Below, piece by piece: positions 1 to 8,729 of a stretch of DNA of 51,743 nt; the stretch's first letter is position 1, and each line of letters begins with the position of its first letter. The position numbers were made by a program, and so were the translations under genes. The stretch is from a virus (taxonomy: Duplodnaviria; Caudoviricetes): positions 1 to 51,743 of the IMG/VR virus record IMGVR_UViG_3300023106_000005. One strand, 5' to 3'. The notes beneath the pieces were generated by a model, which saw only the letters and a program-made list of their open reading frames with translations, was not told where the DNA came from and did not search any database.

Positions 1-127
1 TAAAGGAAAAAAATTCTCTTTTAGACAGATTAGGAACCGGTGATGAAACAAAAATTGCTATATCTATAGGCAGGGCGGCCATGATTCAAAGAAAAACACT
101 AAAAGAAGAATTAAAAAAAACAGAAAA
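1..127. repeat. Terminal direct repeat (copy 1), identical to 51617-51743; assembly overlap of a circular contig
   Basis: First 127 nt match the last 127 nt exactly; 127 is a common assembler k-mer; the repeat lies inside a reading frame. Confidence 0.95.
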
Positions 128-1883
128 TGAGTTAAAAGATTTTAATCCTTATGCTATTAATCTTTCGGGAAGAAGTGGTAAAGATATAAAATTAGAAAAA
201 GAAAGATTGATTAAAGCTATAGCGGAACAGGAGCAAATTTTAATTGAATCTCAAAAAAAAATAAGAGGTATTGGTAAAAAATCAGAAGTTTCTAAGAAAG
301 AAGAAGAACCGCCTATAGGTTTATCCGACAAAGAACTAAAAGATGCTTTAAAACGCCAAAAAGAATTAAACGATGCTTTGTTTGAATTGGAACGCCAAAG
401 ACTAGAAAGAATTGCACAATTAAACGGAGAAATTGTTTCTGATGATAAATTAAAAGATGATATCCGAATAGGCGCTGCTAAAAATGTAAACAAAGCTGAA
501 TTAGATTTGATCGACCTTGTTAAACAGCACAAATTAGATGCTGATAAATTTGTTTTGGATGAAGATAAAATGAACGCCAATCAAAAGTTATTCATTGAGC
601 GTGAAGCAGCTAACAAAATTGTTGATGTAAACAAAAAAATGCAAAAAGATATTGATCAAATTCATTTGTTCGATGAGGCATCATATACTAAATCAATGGA
701 AAAACGTATTTCTCGTATCAACGAGAATATGAATAAAGAGTTGGAACTTGAAAATATTCGTTTCAAGGAATTAGGCGATTTAGAATCATTAAAATTTAGT
801 GAACGTGAAAAGCTTACGCAAGATCATGAAAACAGAATTTTTGAGATTAAAAAGAAAGCTGCATTGGCTTCTTTGCGTGCTCAGGCTGATACTTTACAAA
901 ATGAATTAGATGCATCAGATGCTTTACCTGATAAAGAACGTTTGACTGCTGAAAAACGTCAGGAAATAGCCGAAAAACTAAGTAAAGCTAAATCAGATAT
1001 TGCAGAAAAAGAGTTAGAAAAAAATGATAAGAAGAATAAAAAAATATTAGATGCTGAATTAAAATTAGCTGAAGATATTAGAGAAATTTCAAATGATTTA
1101 GCTAATGCATTGGGAAGTTTAGCAGATGCAATTTCAGAACGTAAACTCCAAAATATTGAAGCTGAAATCGATAAAAACAATGAGTTTTACGATAAACAAA
1201 TTGAATTAGCAGGTGAAGATGAAAATCAAAAAGACCTTTTAGAGAAAGAACGCGAAAAAAAGAACGAAATTCTTGAAAAGAAAAAACGTAAAGAACAGGA
1301 GAAACAAGCCAAATTTAATAAAGCTTTAGCAATCGCTCAGGCTGCTATTAATTTAGGTGTTGCCGTTACTGCTGCGTTAACCGTTGCGCCACCTGCATCA
1401 TTTGCTTTTGCTGCCATTACTGCTGCTATTGCCGCGGTTCAATTGGCTGCCGTTATCGCTACACCTATTCCTAAATATAAAGTGGGGCGTAAAGGCGGTA
1501 AAAAAGAAAAAGCGATTATTAATGATGGTGTTACTGGATCAGGAAATTATGTTCCGGAAGTTGTAGAATCAAAAGATGGAACCGCTAAAATTTACGAAGG
1601 TAAAAATCGTTTAGTTCAATTAATGGAAGGCGATACGGTTCATAAATCTGTTGGAGATTATACGGATAAAGAGCGTAAAAAACTATTGAATGGAGTTCAG
1701 GAAGAAGGGAAAAAACTAAATGAATTTCAGCGATTAGTTATCGTAAAAGATAAAAGAGATCCTGAACTGATAAATAAAATTGATAAATTGATAGAAGTAA
1801 CCCGCAGAAACAAACCTTCAAAATCAGAGCAAAAAAACGTAGATTTGTCTCATGCTTTTTGGAAACTTAAAAACCAATTGTAA
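1..1883 (+). CDS. Tape measure protein, 3' part (gene starts at 49756 and crosses the junction; ~1247 aa in total)
   Basis: Long coiled-coil E/K-rich ORF with Ala-rich hydrophobic segment and C-terminal PIPKYKxG motif; ATG at 81 is in frame with ATG 49756 through the overlap. Confidence 0.9.
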   Translation, partial: KEKNSLLDRLGTGDETKIAISIGRAAMIQRKTLKEELKKTENELKDFNPYAINLSGRSGKDIKLEKERLIKAIAEQEQILIESQKKIRGIGKKSEVSKKEEEPPIGLSDKELKDALKRQKELNDALFELERQRLERIAQLNGEIVSDDKLKDDIRIGAAKNVNKAELDLIDLVKQHKLDADKFVLDEDKMNANQKLFIEREAANKIVDVNKKMQKDIDQIHLFDEASYTKSMEKRISRINENMNKELELENIRFKELGDLESLKFSEREKLTQDHENRIFEIKKKAALASLRAQADTLQNELDASDALPDKERLTAEKRQEIAEKLSKAKSDIAEKELEKNDKKNKKILDAELKLAEDIREISNDLANALGSLADAISERKLQNIEAEIDKNNEFYDKQIELAGEDENQKDLLEKEREKKNEILEKKKRKEQEKQAKFNKALAIAQAAINLGVAVTAALTVAPPASFAFAAITAAIAAVQLAAVIATPIPKYKVGRKGGKKEKAIINDGVTGSGNYVPEVVESKDGTAKIYEGKNRLVQLMEGDTVHKSVGDYTDKERKKLLNGVQEEGKKLNEFQRLVIVKDKRDPELINKIDKLIEVTRRNKPSKSEQKNVDLSHAFWKLKNQL

Positions 1884-1885
1884 AA

Positions 1886-4117
1886 ATGGGAAATGTAAAT
1901 CAAGGATATTTTGATCGAATAAGGTATATACTTAGAAATATTCATTTCGATGATGAAACTATTACGGAGCCTGAAGGATGGAAAAGCGATGAAGTCGAAT
2001 TGGAAAGAAGTAAAACGTACCACGGTATTTTTCAGCAATTTTCCAACTCTTTAAAATTTGTTGATGATGGGGCTTCATACATAAATACTGTTCGCCAATT
2101 ATACGGAATTAATGAACGGATAAAATTGATTCGTGAAGAAAGAAATCCTAAAACTGATGTGTGGGAACAAACATATTTCGGTTTTTTGGATTTATCTACA
2201 TGGGAAAGTCAAGAAGGCAAAATTTCGGTAAAATTCAATTCAGGAGGAATGGAACAAGCAATTAAAGCGCGTGATTCCGATAAAGTAGAAATAGATAGGA
2301 TAACCACATTTGATGGTTATCCTGTTGATTCTTTGCAACCTATTACCATTGAAGTTGATGGACGTGAAATATTTTTGAAATCTGAATATAAAGTAAAACC
2401 TGAAGAAAACCGAGTTGAATTAAATAATAGTACAACAGCAGGAAACACTAGAGGCTCAACAGTTGGAGTGCCTTTAAATTTATTCAGTAAATCGCATGAA
2501 AACGCACAATCGGTTTTGCCTGGCGGGAATGTTGGCGATAATAGTTGGGATAGAACCGCACCCGGGGAAGTTAGTAATATGTTCTTCGCGGTTTCTGATC
2601 GTAAAAGAACTTTACATATTAAATTCACTATTAAATTTACACCGGCTTTTTTAGATTTCAATGACGTTACTAATTTTAGATTTTGGTTAAGATTTGCGCA
2701 TTATAAAGACAGTAATGATTTTAATGTTAGAGAAAATAAAATGCTTTTTTCTAGTGATAGCTATTCTTATTTGGACAATAAAACATTTTCAATTTCATTT
2801 GATCAGGTTATTAATATCGAAGCAGGTGATTCTTTAGCATTGGTTTTTGATCAGAATTATGATGGCCGGGATGGTCACGGATCAAGATTAAATATGTTAG
2901 TGCGTGATATTGTGTGTAACGATTTTACAATTGAAGAAGATTCTTTTGTTGAAAAAAGCACAACCAAAGGTATTTTAATTTACGAATTATGCGATAGACT
3001 ACTTACTATCTGTACCAATCAAAAGAATTCACTTAGAAGTAATCTTTTAGGGCGTACCGATTTAGGTTATAATTTTGATGGAAAATGGTCATTGATGGGG
3101 TTTACTCACGGTTTTTGGATTCGTGGTTTTGATAAAAATTCGCCAACTGATGAAGCTGCCAAAGTTGAAAATCTTTTCAAACCATTATCAACTTCTTTCA
3201 AAGAAAATTACGAATCATTAAACGCTGTTTTGGCTGTTGGCATTGGAATTGAAAAAGAAGGTAATAAAGATGTTTTAAGAATCGAGGAACAATCATTCTT
3301 TTATAATAGAAATGTTACCGTAAGGCTTCCGAATCAAGTAAAAAAAGTAAAACGTAACGAAGCCCCGGACAGCTATTTTTCTTCATTAGAAACCGGATAT
3401 GATAAAGGCGGTGATTATGATGAAGCAATGGGATTGGATGAACCAAATGCAAAATCTAATTTTACAACTGTTATCAATGGATTGAAAAATACATTCAGTA
3501 AAGTATCAAAATTTCGTGCTGATAGTTATGGTTTTGAGTTCGCAAGAAGAAAGCCTGTAACTCTTAATAATACTGAAGATACAAGCTATGATAATGATAT
3601 TTGGTTTAATGATTTAAAAAGGGGGCCAAATAATGTATTTTTACAGCGTAAATGGCAGGATGATTTTGCTAAGTTGCCAACAGGAATTTTTAGCCCGACA
3701 ACCGCGTTTAATTTAAGGCTTTCGCCGTTCAATATAATGTTACGTCATGGATGGTTTTTTGGTGCGGGATTCGACAAATATCAAGATGAATTTGTTAGAT
3801 ATTCGAGTTCAACTGCCAACTCAAAATTAACTACTCAGTTAATCGGTAAACCTGAATATGCTGAAAATGGAGTTGTTCAAAACGCTGAATTAGACAAAGC
3901 AAGATTTGTTTGTGAAGAAATTGAGTTCGAACATGTTTGCGATTATGATGTAATGAAGCAAATTAACGGTACAACAATGATTAATGGCGTTCCTGTTAAA
4001 AATATTTATGGATTGATCGAGTTTGTAAATGAATTCAACCAAGTTGAAAAAGGTTTTCTTTTGAATTTAAAACCTACAGGAGAAGGAAAATTTAAAGTGA
4101 TAAAATTTAATAATTAA
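1886..4117 (+). CDS. Tail protein (distal tail/hub-like), 743 aa
   Basis: Directly follows TMP; beta-rich; N-terminal EPEGWKSDE motif typical of the post-TMP protein in Bacteroidota siphoviruses; function by synteny. Confidence 0.7.
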   Translation: MGNVNQGYFDRIRYILRNIHFDDETITEPEGWKSDEVELERSKTYHGIFQQFSNSLKFVDDGASYINTVRQLYGINERIKLIREERNPKTDVWEQTYFGFLDLSTWESQEGKISVKFNSGGMEQAIKARDSDKVEIDRITTFDGYPVDSLQPITIEVDGREIFLKSEYKVKPEENRVELNNSTTAGNTRGSTVGVPLNLFSKSHENAQSVLPGGNVGDNSWDRTAPGEVSNMFFAVSDRKRTLHIKFTIKFTPAFLDFNDVTNFRFWLRFAHYKDSNDFNVRENKMLFSSDSYSYLDNKTFSISFDQVINIEAGDSLALVFDQNYDGRDGHGSRLNMLVRDIVCNDFTIEEDSFVEKSTTKGILIYELCDRLLTICTNQKNSLRSNLLGRTDLGYNFDGKWSLMGFTHGFWIRGFDKNSPTDEAAKVENLFKPLSTSFKENYESLNAVLAVGIGIEKEGNKDVLRIEEQSFFYNRNVTVRLPNQVKKVKRNEAPDSYFSSLETGYDKGGDYDEAMGLDEPNAKSNFTTVINGLKNTFSKVSKFRADSYGFEFARRKPVTLNNTEDTSYDNDIWFNDLKRGPNNVFLQRKWQDDFAKLPTGIFSPTTAFNLRLSPFNIMLRHGWFFGAGFDKYQDEFVRYSSSTANSKLTTQLIGKPEYAENGVVQNAELDKARFVCEEIEFEHVCDYDVMKQINGTTMINGVPVKNIYGLIEFVNEFNQVEKGFLLNLKPTGEGKFKVIKFNN

Positions 4118-4120
4118 GAT

Positions 4121-6151
4121 ATGGCTTATTCAAAAATAACAATACAGTTCAATACGGTTCCGGTTTTTAATCATTCTGTCTATATAGATCAAGAATCGGG
4201 TGGTTATCCTAATTTTATTAGAGAAACATTCAGAACAAAAAGATTAGGACAATATCAGGCTGAAATGCCTTTAGATATTTCAGATGAAACATCTATTGAA
4301 CCTATTTATGCAGGATATGTTTCTGATTTTTTCAGAACAGCTTTTAATTTAGACTTTAATTCTGCTAATTTATTTACTGTCGAATCAATAAGAGGTCCTG
4401 TAAATTCAGGAATAGGAACAGTTATTATAACGGCTAATTTTCCTAATGCCGTTTTTTCCAATGCTTCTGCTGATGGCGATGTAACTTTTACAATTGAAAA
4501 TGAACCGGCCGTTCCTGTAATTTCTATTGAGGAAATCACATTATCAGAAGCAACTACAAATAAATGTCAAAATGTAAAAGTAAATGTCACAACGAGCACA
4601 TTAGCAACTAAAATATTAAGCCCAATTGTAGTAAACCCAAATTCATCAAACCCTTTTTCTTTTGATTGGTTGCGCGGCCAAACATTTAATTTGCTTGTAG
4701 AGGATTCAAATGGATTTCAGGCTTCACAATCAATTACAATGCCGAGTGTTTTAACACCTGATAATTTTGCTATAACTGCAAATAATAGTCCTAACGGAGG
4801 AACGGCAATTATAACACCTATCGGATTGACCGGATTAGAATTAGAATATAGTTTGGATGGTACTACATGGCAGGAAGAAAATGTTTTTCCTGGTTTATCA
4901 GTTGGAAGTTTCACCGCTTATATCCGTGATAAGTTTGGGTGCTCAGTTACGAAAGATTTTGTTGTAAGTGAATTCAATGTTACAGAACCGTATTTTTATA
5001 TTTCAAAGTCAAATTCAATTCGTTTTGCACTTCGTCAAACATGGAATGATGTCACTATTTTCAAAACAGATGAAAATACTTTGAGTTGTGAAAGTGATGT
5101 TATTTTACCATATCAGGAAATTCAGGATTTTAAAACAGAAGATATTATTACAACACAATTCAAATCTAATTATTCAACAAATACCGTAAAGACAATTGAT
5201 AGCAACGGAGTAGAATTAAATGTAACTATCTACAAAAAAAGCAACAACATTGGCATAAAAGACAAGCGACAAGCGATAAAACACGACTTAGGTAACTCCA
5301 AGACCGGAATTTATTTTAATGCCGGTAATACGTATGATTTTGATACAAATGTTGTAAATGGTAGCTATGTTTTGAATGGCGGTTTGCCTGAATGGGGCCG
5401 AATTGGAAATTATATTCAAATTGATGCAGCATGGTTTGAAATCGAACAAATCATTTATGATGAAGCCAAAACTGCTGATGTATTAGTTATCTCAAACATT
5501 TATACCGGAATCGATGCTTCTATAATTGTGGGATCCATTTATAATCGTGAAAACTATGAGGTTTACGAATTCATTAATAACATGGTTGATTTTGAAAACA
5601 ATTTATTTAGAGTTCAAATAAATGCAGAAAACGAACTATTCCCGGATATCGAATATCTGAGCGAAGAAATAAATGTTTCGGATAATGTTGAAGATCTTTT
5701 AGAGTTGAAATACAAAAACAATTCCAATACCGATATTGTTTATTCAACAGGAATTGAGCATTTAATTAGAGTTCCGTTCAATAAAATTAATGGTAAATAC
5801 GATGAAGAATCAGAAACTTATAAAACTGATACAACCTCAAAATTGTTGAGTGCTGATTTATATGAAGTAGATGAATTCGTTTTCGAGCCTAACACGAAAG
5901 AAATTTGGAGAAAGATAAATATAGCTCTTACACATGAAATTGTCGTTATTAATGGCGTTTCCTATGTAAAAAATGCAGGTTTCAATACAGATGGACCTTT
6001 GGCTGAAACAAATTTATATGTTTTAAGCGCTACAATGGTTAAAACAGGTAATGTTTACAATAGTAAATCGAATGCGCCTTTTGAATATAGTGAAACGCCA
6101 ATTGATATGCCGGCATTGATTAAGACAGATTCAGGATTTTTGGAAATATAA
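4121..6151 (+). CDS. Tail/baseplate structural protein, 676 aa
   Basis: Synteny in tail module; Ig/SprB-like segment (YSLDGTTWQ...FPGLSVGSFTAYIRD). Confidence 0.65.
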   Translation: MAYSKITIQFNTVPVFNHSVYIDQESGGYPNFIRETFRTKRLGQYQAEMPLDISDETSIEPIYAGYVSDFFRTAFNLDFNSANLFTVESIRGPVNSGIGTVIITANFPNAVFSNASADGDVTFTIENEPAVPVISIEEITLSEATTNKCQNVKVNVTTSTLATKILSPIVVNPNSSNPFSFDWLRGQTFNLLVEDSNGFQASQSITMPSVLTPDNFAITANNSPNGGTAIITPIGLTGLELEYSLDGTTWQEENVFPGLSVGSFTAYIRDKFGCSVTKDFVVSEFNVTEPYFYISKSNSIRFALRQTWNDVTIFKTDENTLSCESDVILPYQEIQDFKTEDIITTQFKSNYSTNTVKTIDSNGVELNVTIYKKSNNIGIKDKRQAIKHDLGNSKTGIYFNAGNTYDFDTNVVNGSYVLNGGLPEWGRIGNYIQIDAAWFEIEQIIYDEAKTADVLVISNIYTGIDASIIVGSIYNRENYEVYEFINNMVDFENNLFRVQINAENELFPDIEYLSEEINVSDNVEDLLELKYKNNSNTDIVYSTGIEHLIRVPFNKINGKYDEESETYKTDTTSKLLSADLYEVDEFVFEPNTKEIWRKINIALTHEIVVINGVSYVKNAGFNTDGPLAETNLYVLSATMVKTGNVYNSKSNAPFEYSETPIDMPALIKTDSGFLEI

Positions 6152-6181
6152 ATTGTCACATATTTATGTTATAAACGTGAC

Positions 6182-6218
6182 AAAAAAAAGCCGTATCGAT
6201 TATGATGCGGCTTTTTTA
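6182..6218. terminator. Bidirectional intrinsic terminator
   Basis: AAAAAAGCCGTATC-gattat-GATGCGGCTTTTTT between convergent genes. Confidence 0.85.
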
Positions 6219-6446
6219 TTAAAATAAATTAAATTTTCCATCAGGACCGTAGATAACGCCTTTTTCTATTGGTATATAAGGATTGTTTTTTGAATTATTT
6301 CTAACAAAAGACTTACCTTTTTTATGTATACAAGCTTTACATTCTTCAATTAGATATTTTTTACCTGAACGACATTCTGAAGGTGCTAAGAATCTACACG
6401 AACAACCTTGTTTTATTTTGTCGATTTCAATTTTAGATACTTTCAT
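6219..6446 (-). CDS. Hypothetical protein, Cys-rich (75 aa)
   Basis: Last ORF of a tightly packed minus-strand operon; CxC and CxxC motifs. Confidence 0.6.
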   Translation of the reverse strand: MKVSKIEIDKIKQGCSCRFLAPSECRSGKKYLIEECKACIHKKGKSFVRNNSKNNPYIPIEKGVIYGPDGKFNLF

Positions 6447-6449
6447 AAT

Positions 6450-6788
6450 TTACATTTCAAATGTTTTGTTTTTAAGTATTATTTCATTAAAAACTTTTGG
6501 ATCAATTTTGTTAGCTTCTTCATACCATTCAGGAACTATGATATTTACTTTTTCTGATTCGTAAAGGTTTTGTTTATGAGAATCATTTACAATCATTAAA
6601 TCAGCATTATTAGAGCCTAATTTATATTTTGGAATTGGCATTATTCCAAGCATTGCAGATTTCAAATTCATTAATGAATAAACAAGTTTTGTTGCGTGAT
6701 GCAGCAATTTAAGTGTATCAATTTGTGATCTTTGGATTGACTTTCTTTTCTTTTTATTCTTGTGGATTGAATAATAATTCTTTTTCAT
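6450..6788 (-). CDS. Hypothetical protein carrying a tape-measure C-terminal-like motif (112 aa)
   Basis: MPIPKYKLG...IVND resembles TPIPKYKVG...IIND of this phage's TMP. Confidence 0.65.
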   Translation of the reverse strand: MKKNYYSIHKNKKKRKSIQRSQIDTLKLLHHATKLVYSLMNLKSAMLGIMPIPKYKLGSNNADLMIVNDSHKQNLYESEKVNIIVPEWYEEANKIDPKVFNEIILKNKTFEM

Positions 6789-7003
6789 GAGTTTTTATAT
6801 TTGTTATAAAGATATTTTGATTTAAACTTTCTGTCATTTTTAAAGTCACCATCTAAAAATCGAACCATTTCTATACAATGCGTATAATAACCGCGAGGTG
6901 ACCAAAAACGACACACTATAAATTCATCTTCTAAATCTGTGAATTCAGATACTACAACATGTTTTATACCTCTGAAACACCAAAATATATCTCCTATTTT
7001 CAT
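6785..7003 (-). CDS. Hypothetical protein (72 aa)
   Basis: ATGA overlaps with both neighbours. Confidence 0.65.
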   Translation of the reverse strand: MKIGDIFWCFRGIKHVVVSEFTDLEDEFIVCRFWSPRGYYTHCIEMVRFLDGDFKNDRKFKSKYLYNKYKNS

Positions 7004-7215
7004 AATTTTTTAATTTCTTGTTTAACTTTTCTATAAAACAAAATATCCTTATTTAATAATTCTTCGCAATTCAATAAAGGCATTTTAGCTAACTTTAACG
7101 AGTCATGTTTTATTTTAATTAAAGTATTATAAATCACGTCTATATATAATAAAGCTATTTCTATAGAAAAATTATGTTTATTTAATAATTCGAATGCTTT
7201 TTCTTTTGGTGTCAT
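7000..7215 (-). CDS. Hypothetical phage protein, MTPKEKA family (71 aa)
   Basis: MTPKEKAxEL...YxKVKQEIxKL; similar to 24819..25067. Confidence 0.7.
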   Translation of the reverse strand: MTPKEKAFELLNKHNFSIEIALLYIDVIYNTLIKIKHDSLKLAKMPLLNCEELLNKDILFYRKVKQEIKKL

Positions 7216-7227
7216 AATTTTGTATTT

Positions 7228-7431
7228 TTAATTAAAACGCCCTTTATCACCTTTGAAATTTATCATTTTTATGAAACGTTTTCTTAGTGATTCATCAGAA
7301 ACAATATAGTTTTTTAATTCAGGCTTGTTTTTCTCTTTTTGTCTATACCTTAAAAGTACTTCTTGAAAAACAGCTTCTGTTGCTATTTCGGGATATTTAT
7401 TTTCTACACTCATAACTTTTATTTTTTCCAA
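7228..7431 (-). CDS. Hypothetical protein (67 aa)
   Basis: Packed in minus-strand operon. Confidence 0.55.
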   Translation of the reverse strand: MEKIKVMSVENKYPEIATEAVFQEVLLRYRQKEKNKPELKNYIVSDESLRKRFIKMINFKGDKGRFN

Positions 7432-7604
7432 AATCCCTTTCGGAATCTATCAATTTTTGTTTCAGTACTTCCTTGTGTTGTGTAATCAACTTCGATTAAT
7501 CCATCGGTCAAACCAATGCATTTTCCAACTGCAATTTTATTATCGTATTCGAAATAAACAGCATCACCTGGATTTATTTCTTTTGGGTCGCTGAATAAGG
7601 TCAT
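7419..7604 (-). CDS. Hypothetical protein, SH3/KOW-like (61 aa)
   Basis: INPGDAVYF...GKCIG pattern; packed in operon. Confidence 0.55.
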   Translation of the reverse strand: MTLFSDPKEINPGDAVYFEYDNKIAVGKCIGLTDGLIEVDYTTQGSTETKIDRFRKGFWKK

Positions 7605-7605
7605 A

Positions 7606-7884
7606 TTAAATAATTATTTCAGCGTTAAATTCAATATAATTCTGATATCTTAATCTTTCACGATATTCAGCTTCACTTTCTGACTCAAGTTGTTTATTAT
7701 CAAATGGATCAATCATGCTAAAAGATAAAAGTTCTTTTCGTTTTTCGATTGGTAGACTATTAAAAGAATCTGTTAGAAATTTTATTTCTGCAAATTCAAT
7801 ATAGCTTTTCTGAGAAGCAGCATAAATATGCCTTTGATTACGCCATCTTTTTCTATCGTTCGGGAATATTTCGTTTGTTTCCAT
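7606..7884 (-). CDS. Hypothetical protein (92 aa)
   Basis: Packed in operon with A-rich start context. Confidence 0.6.
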   Translation of the reverse strand: METNEIFPNDRKRWRNQRHIYAASQKSYIEFAEIKFLTDSFNSLPIEKRKELLSFSMIDPFDNKQLESESEAEYRERLRYQNYIEFNAEIII

Positions 7885-7886
7885 AA

Positions 7887-8138
7887 TTATAAATAATAAT
7901 ATTTAGGTTCTTCTAATATTTTTTCAAGTCGTGCTTTGGCTGATTCAAGGGAATCATAACCGCCTTTAATAAATGGATTTACAAGCCTATCTTGAAATTT
8001 TACATTATCATCGTAAGTAACCCATTTTTCACGTTCAGTTAATATGAAACAAAGAATTACTAATTTAGGTTCTCTTACTCGTTTTTCAATAACGAATCTA
8101 TCATCGTATTCTTTTATTCTGAAATCATCTTTATTCAT
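7887..8138 (-). CDS. Hypothetical protein (83 aa)
   Basis: ATGA overlap; FRIKE...F.IE...W...YDSLESAK motif common in small phage proteins. Confidence 0.65.
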   Translation of the reverse strand: MNKDDFRIKEYDDRFVIEKRVREPKLVILCFILTEREKWVTYDDNVKFQDRLVNPFIKGGYDSLESAKARLEKILEEPKYYYL

Positions 8139-8413
8139 GATGTTGCTTTTTCTATTAGTTCAGATATATTCACAGAAAACATATTTATTTCGTGTTCGCT
8201 TGGCATTTGTCTTTTAGTAAATAAATCTTTTACTTTATTTAACATTTCCAACATTTCAGGAGCGCAAGCAATTAGTTTTGCGTTGGCATTACCGTTTTTT
8301 GTATTGTAAATATACCCTATGTTTTCGCCACCATCGCTTCTAATATCAAAAACTGAATCGTTAAAAGCTTTATTATTCCACTCTCCTTTTGTTCCTTTAA
8401 ATTCCATAATCAT
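8135..8413 (-). CDS. Conserved phage hypothetical protein (92 aa)
   Basis: FKGTKGEW...ANAKLIACAPEMLEML motif, a widespread phage family. Confidence 0.75.
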   Translation of the reverse strand: MIMEFKGTKGEWNNKAFNDSVFDIRSDGGENIGYIYNTKNGNANAKLIACAPEMLEMLNKVKDLFTKRQMPSEHEINMFSVNISELIEKATS

Positions 8414-8628
8414 TAATTTAAATTGTTTAAAATATTTTCTTTTGTTTGTTCGTCGATGATATGAATATTTTTATGCTCGTGCTTATGGTGATGAACTGAG
8501 TTATCAATAAAAGTATAAGTTGATTTATTTTCGCTTGGAAAAAACATATCAAAAACGCCTATAGCTATTTTGTAGCCAACATAACCAAACAGCCAAAATC
8601 CTAAACCGATTATAAATAATACTATCAT
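8413..8628 (-). CDS. Small membrane protein with His-rich tail (71 aa)
   Basis: N-terminal TM helix; HHHKHEH; first gene after minus-strand promoter. Confidence 0.65.
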   Translation of the reverse strand: MIVLFIIGLGFWLFGYVGYKIAIGVFDMFFPSENKSTYTFIDNSVHHHKHEHKNIHIIDEQTKENILNNLN

Positions 8629-8632
8629 ACAG

Positions 8633-8640
8633 CAAATTTA
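8633..8640 (-). promoter_or_regulatory. Bacteroidota -7 promoter element (TAAATTTG) for the reverse operon
   Basis: Matches TAnnTTTG; ATG begins 4 nt downstream, suggesting a leaderless mRNA. Confidence 0.65.
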
Positions 8641-8674
8641 TGACAAAATAGCATTGAAAATTTGGTAATACGTA

Positions 8675-8709
8675 GTTTAGAATGTTTCTAAATAAATTAC
8701 TTACATTTG
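8675..8709 (+). promoter_or_regulatory. 19-bp palindrome (8675-8693) plus TACATTTG promoter (8702-8709)
   Basis: GTTTAGAAT-G-TTTCTAAAT followed by TAnnTTTG upstream of the fibre gene. Confidence 0.7.
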
Positions 8710-8729
8710 TAAAACTAAATATTATAAAA

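Noticed and set aside
1-127. Biological direct terminal repeat
   Set aside because: Exactly 127 nt, inside the tape measure gene; best explained as assembler k-mer overlap
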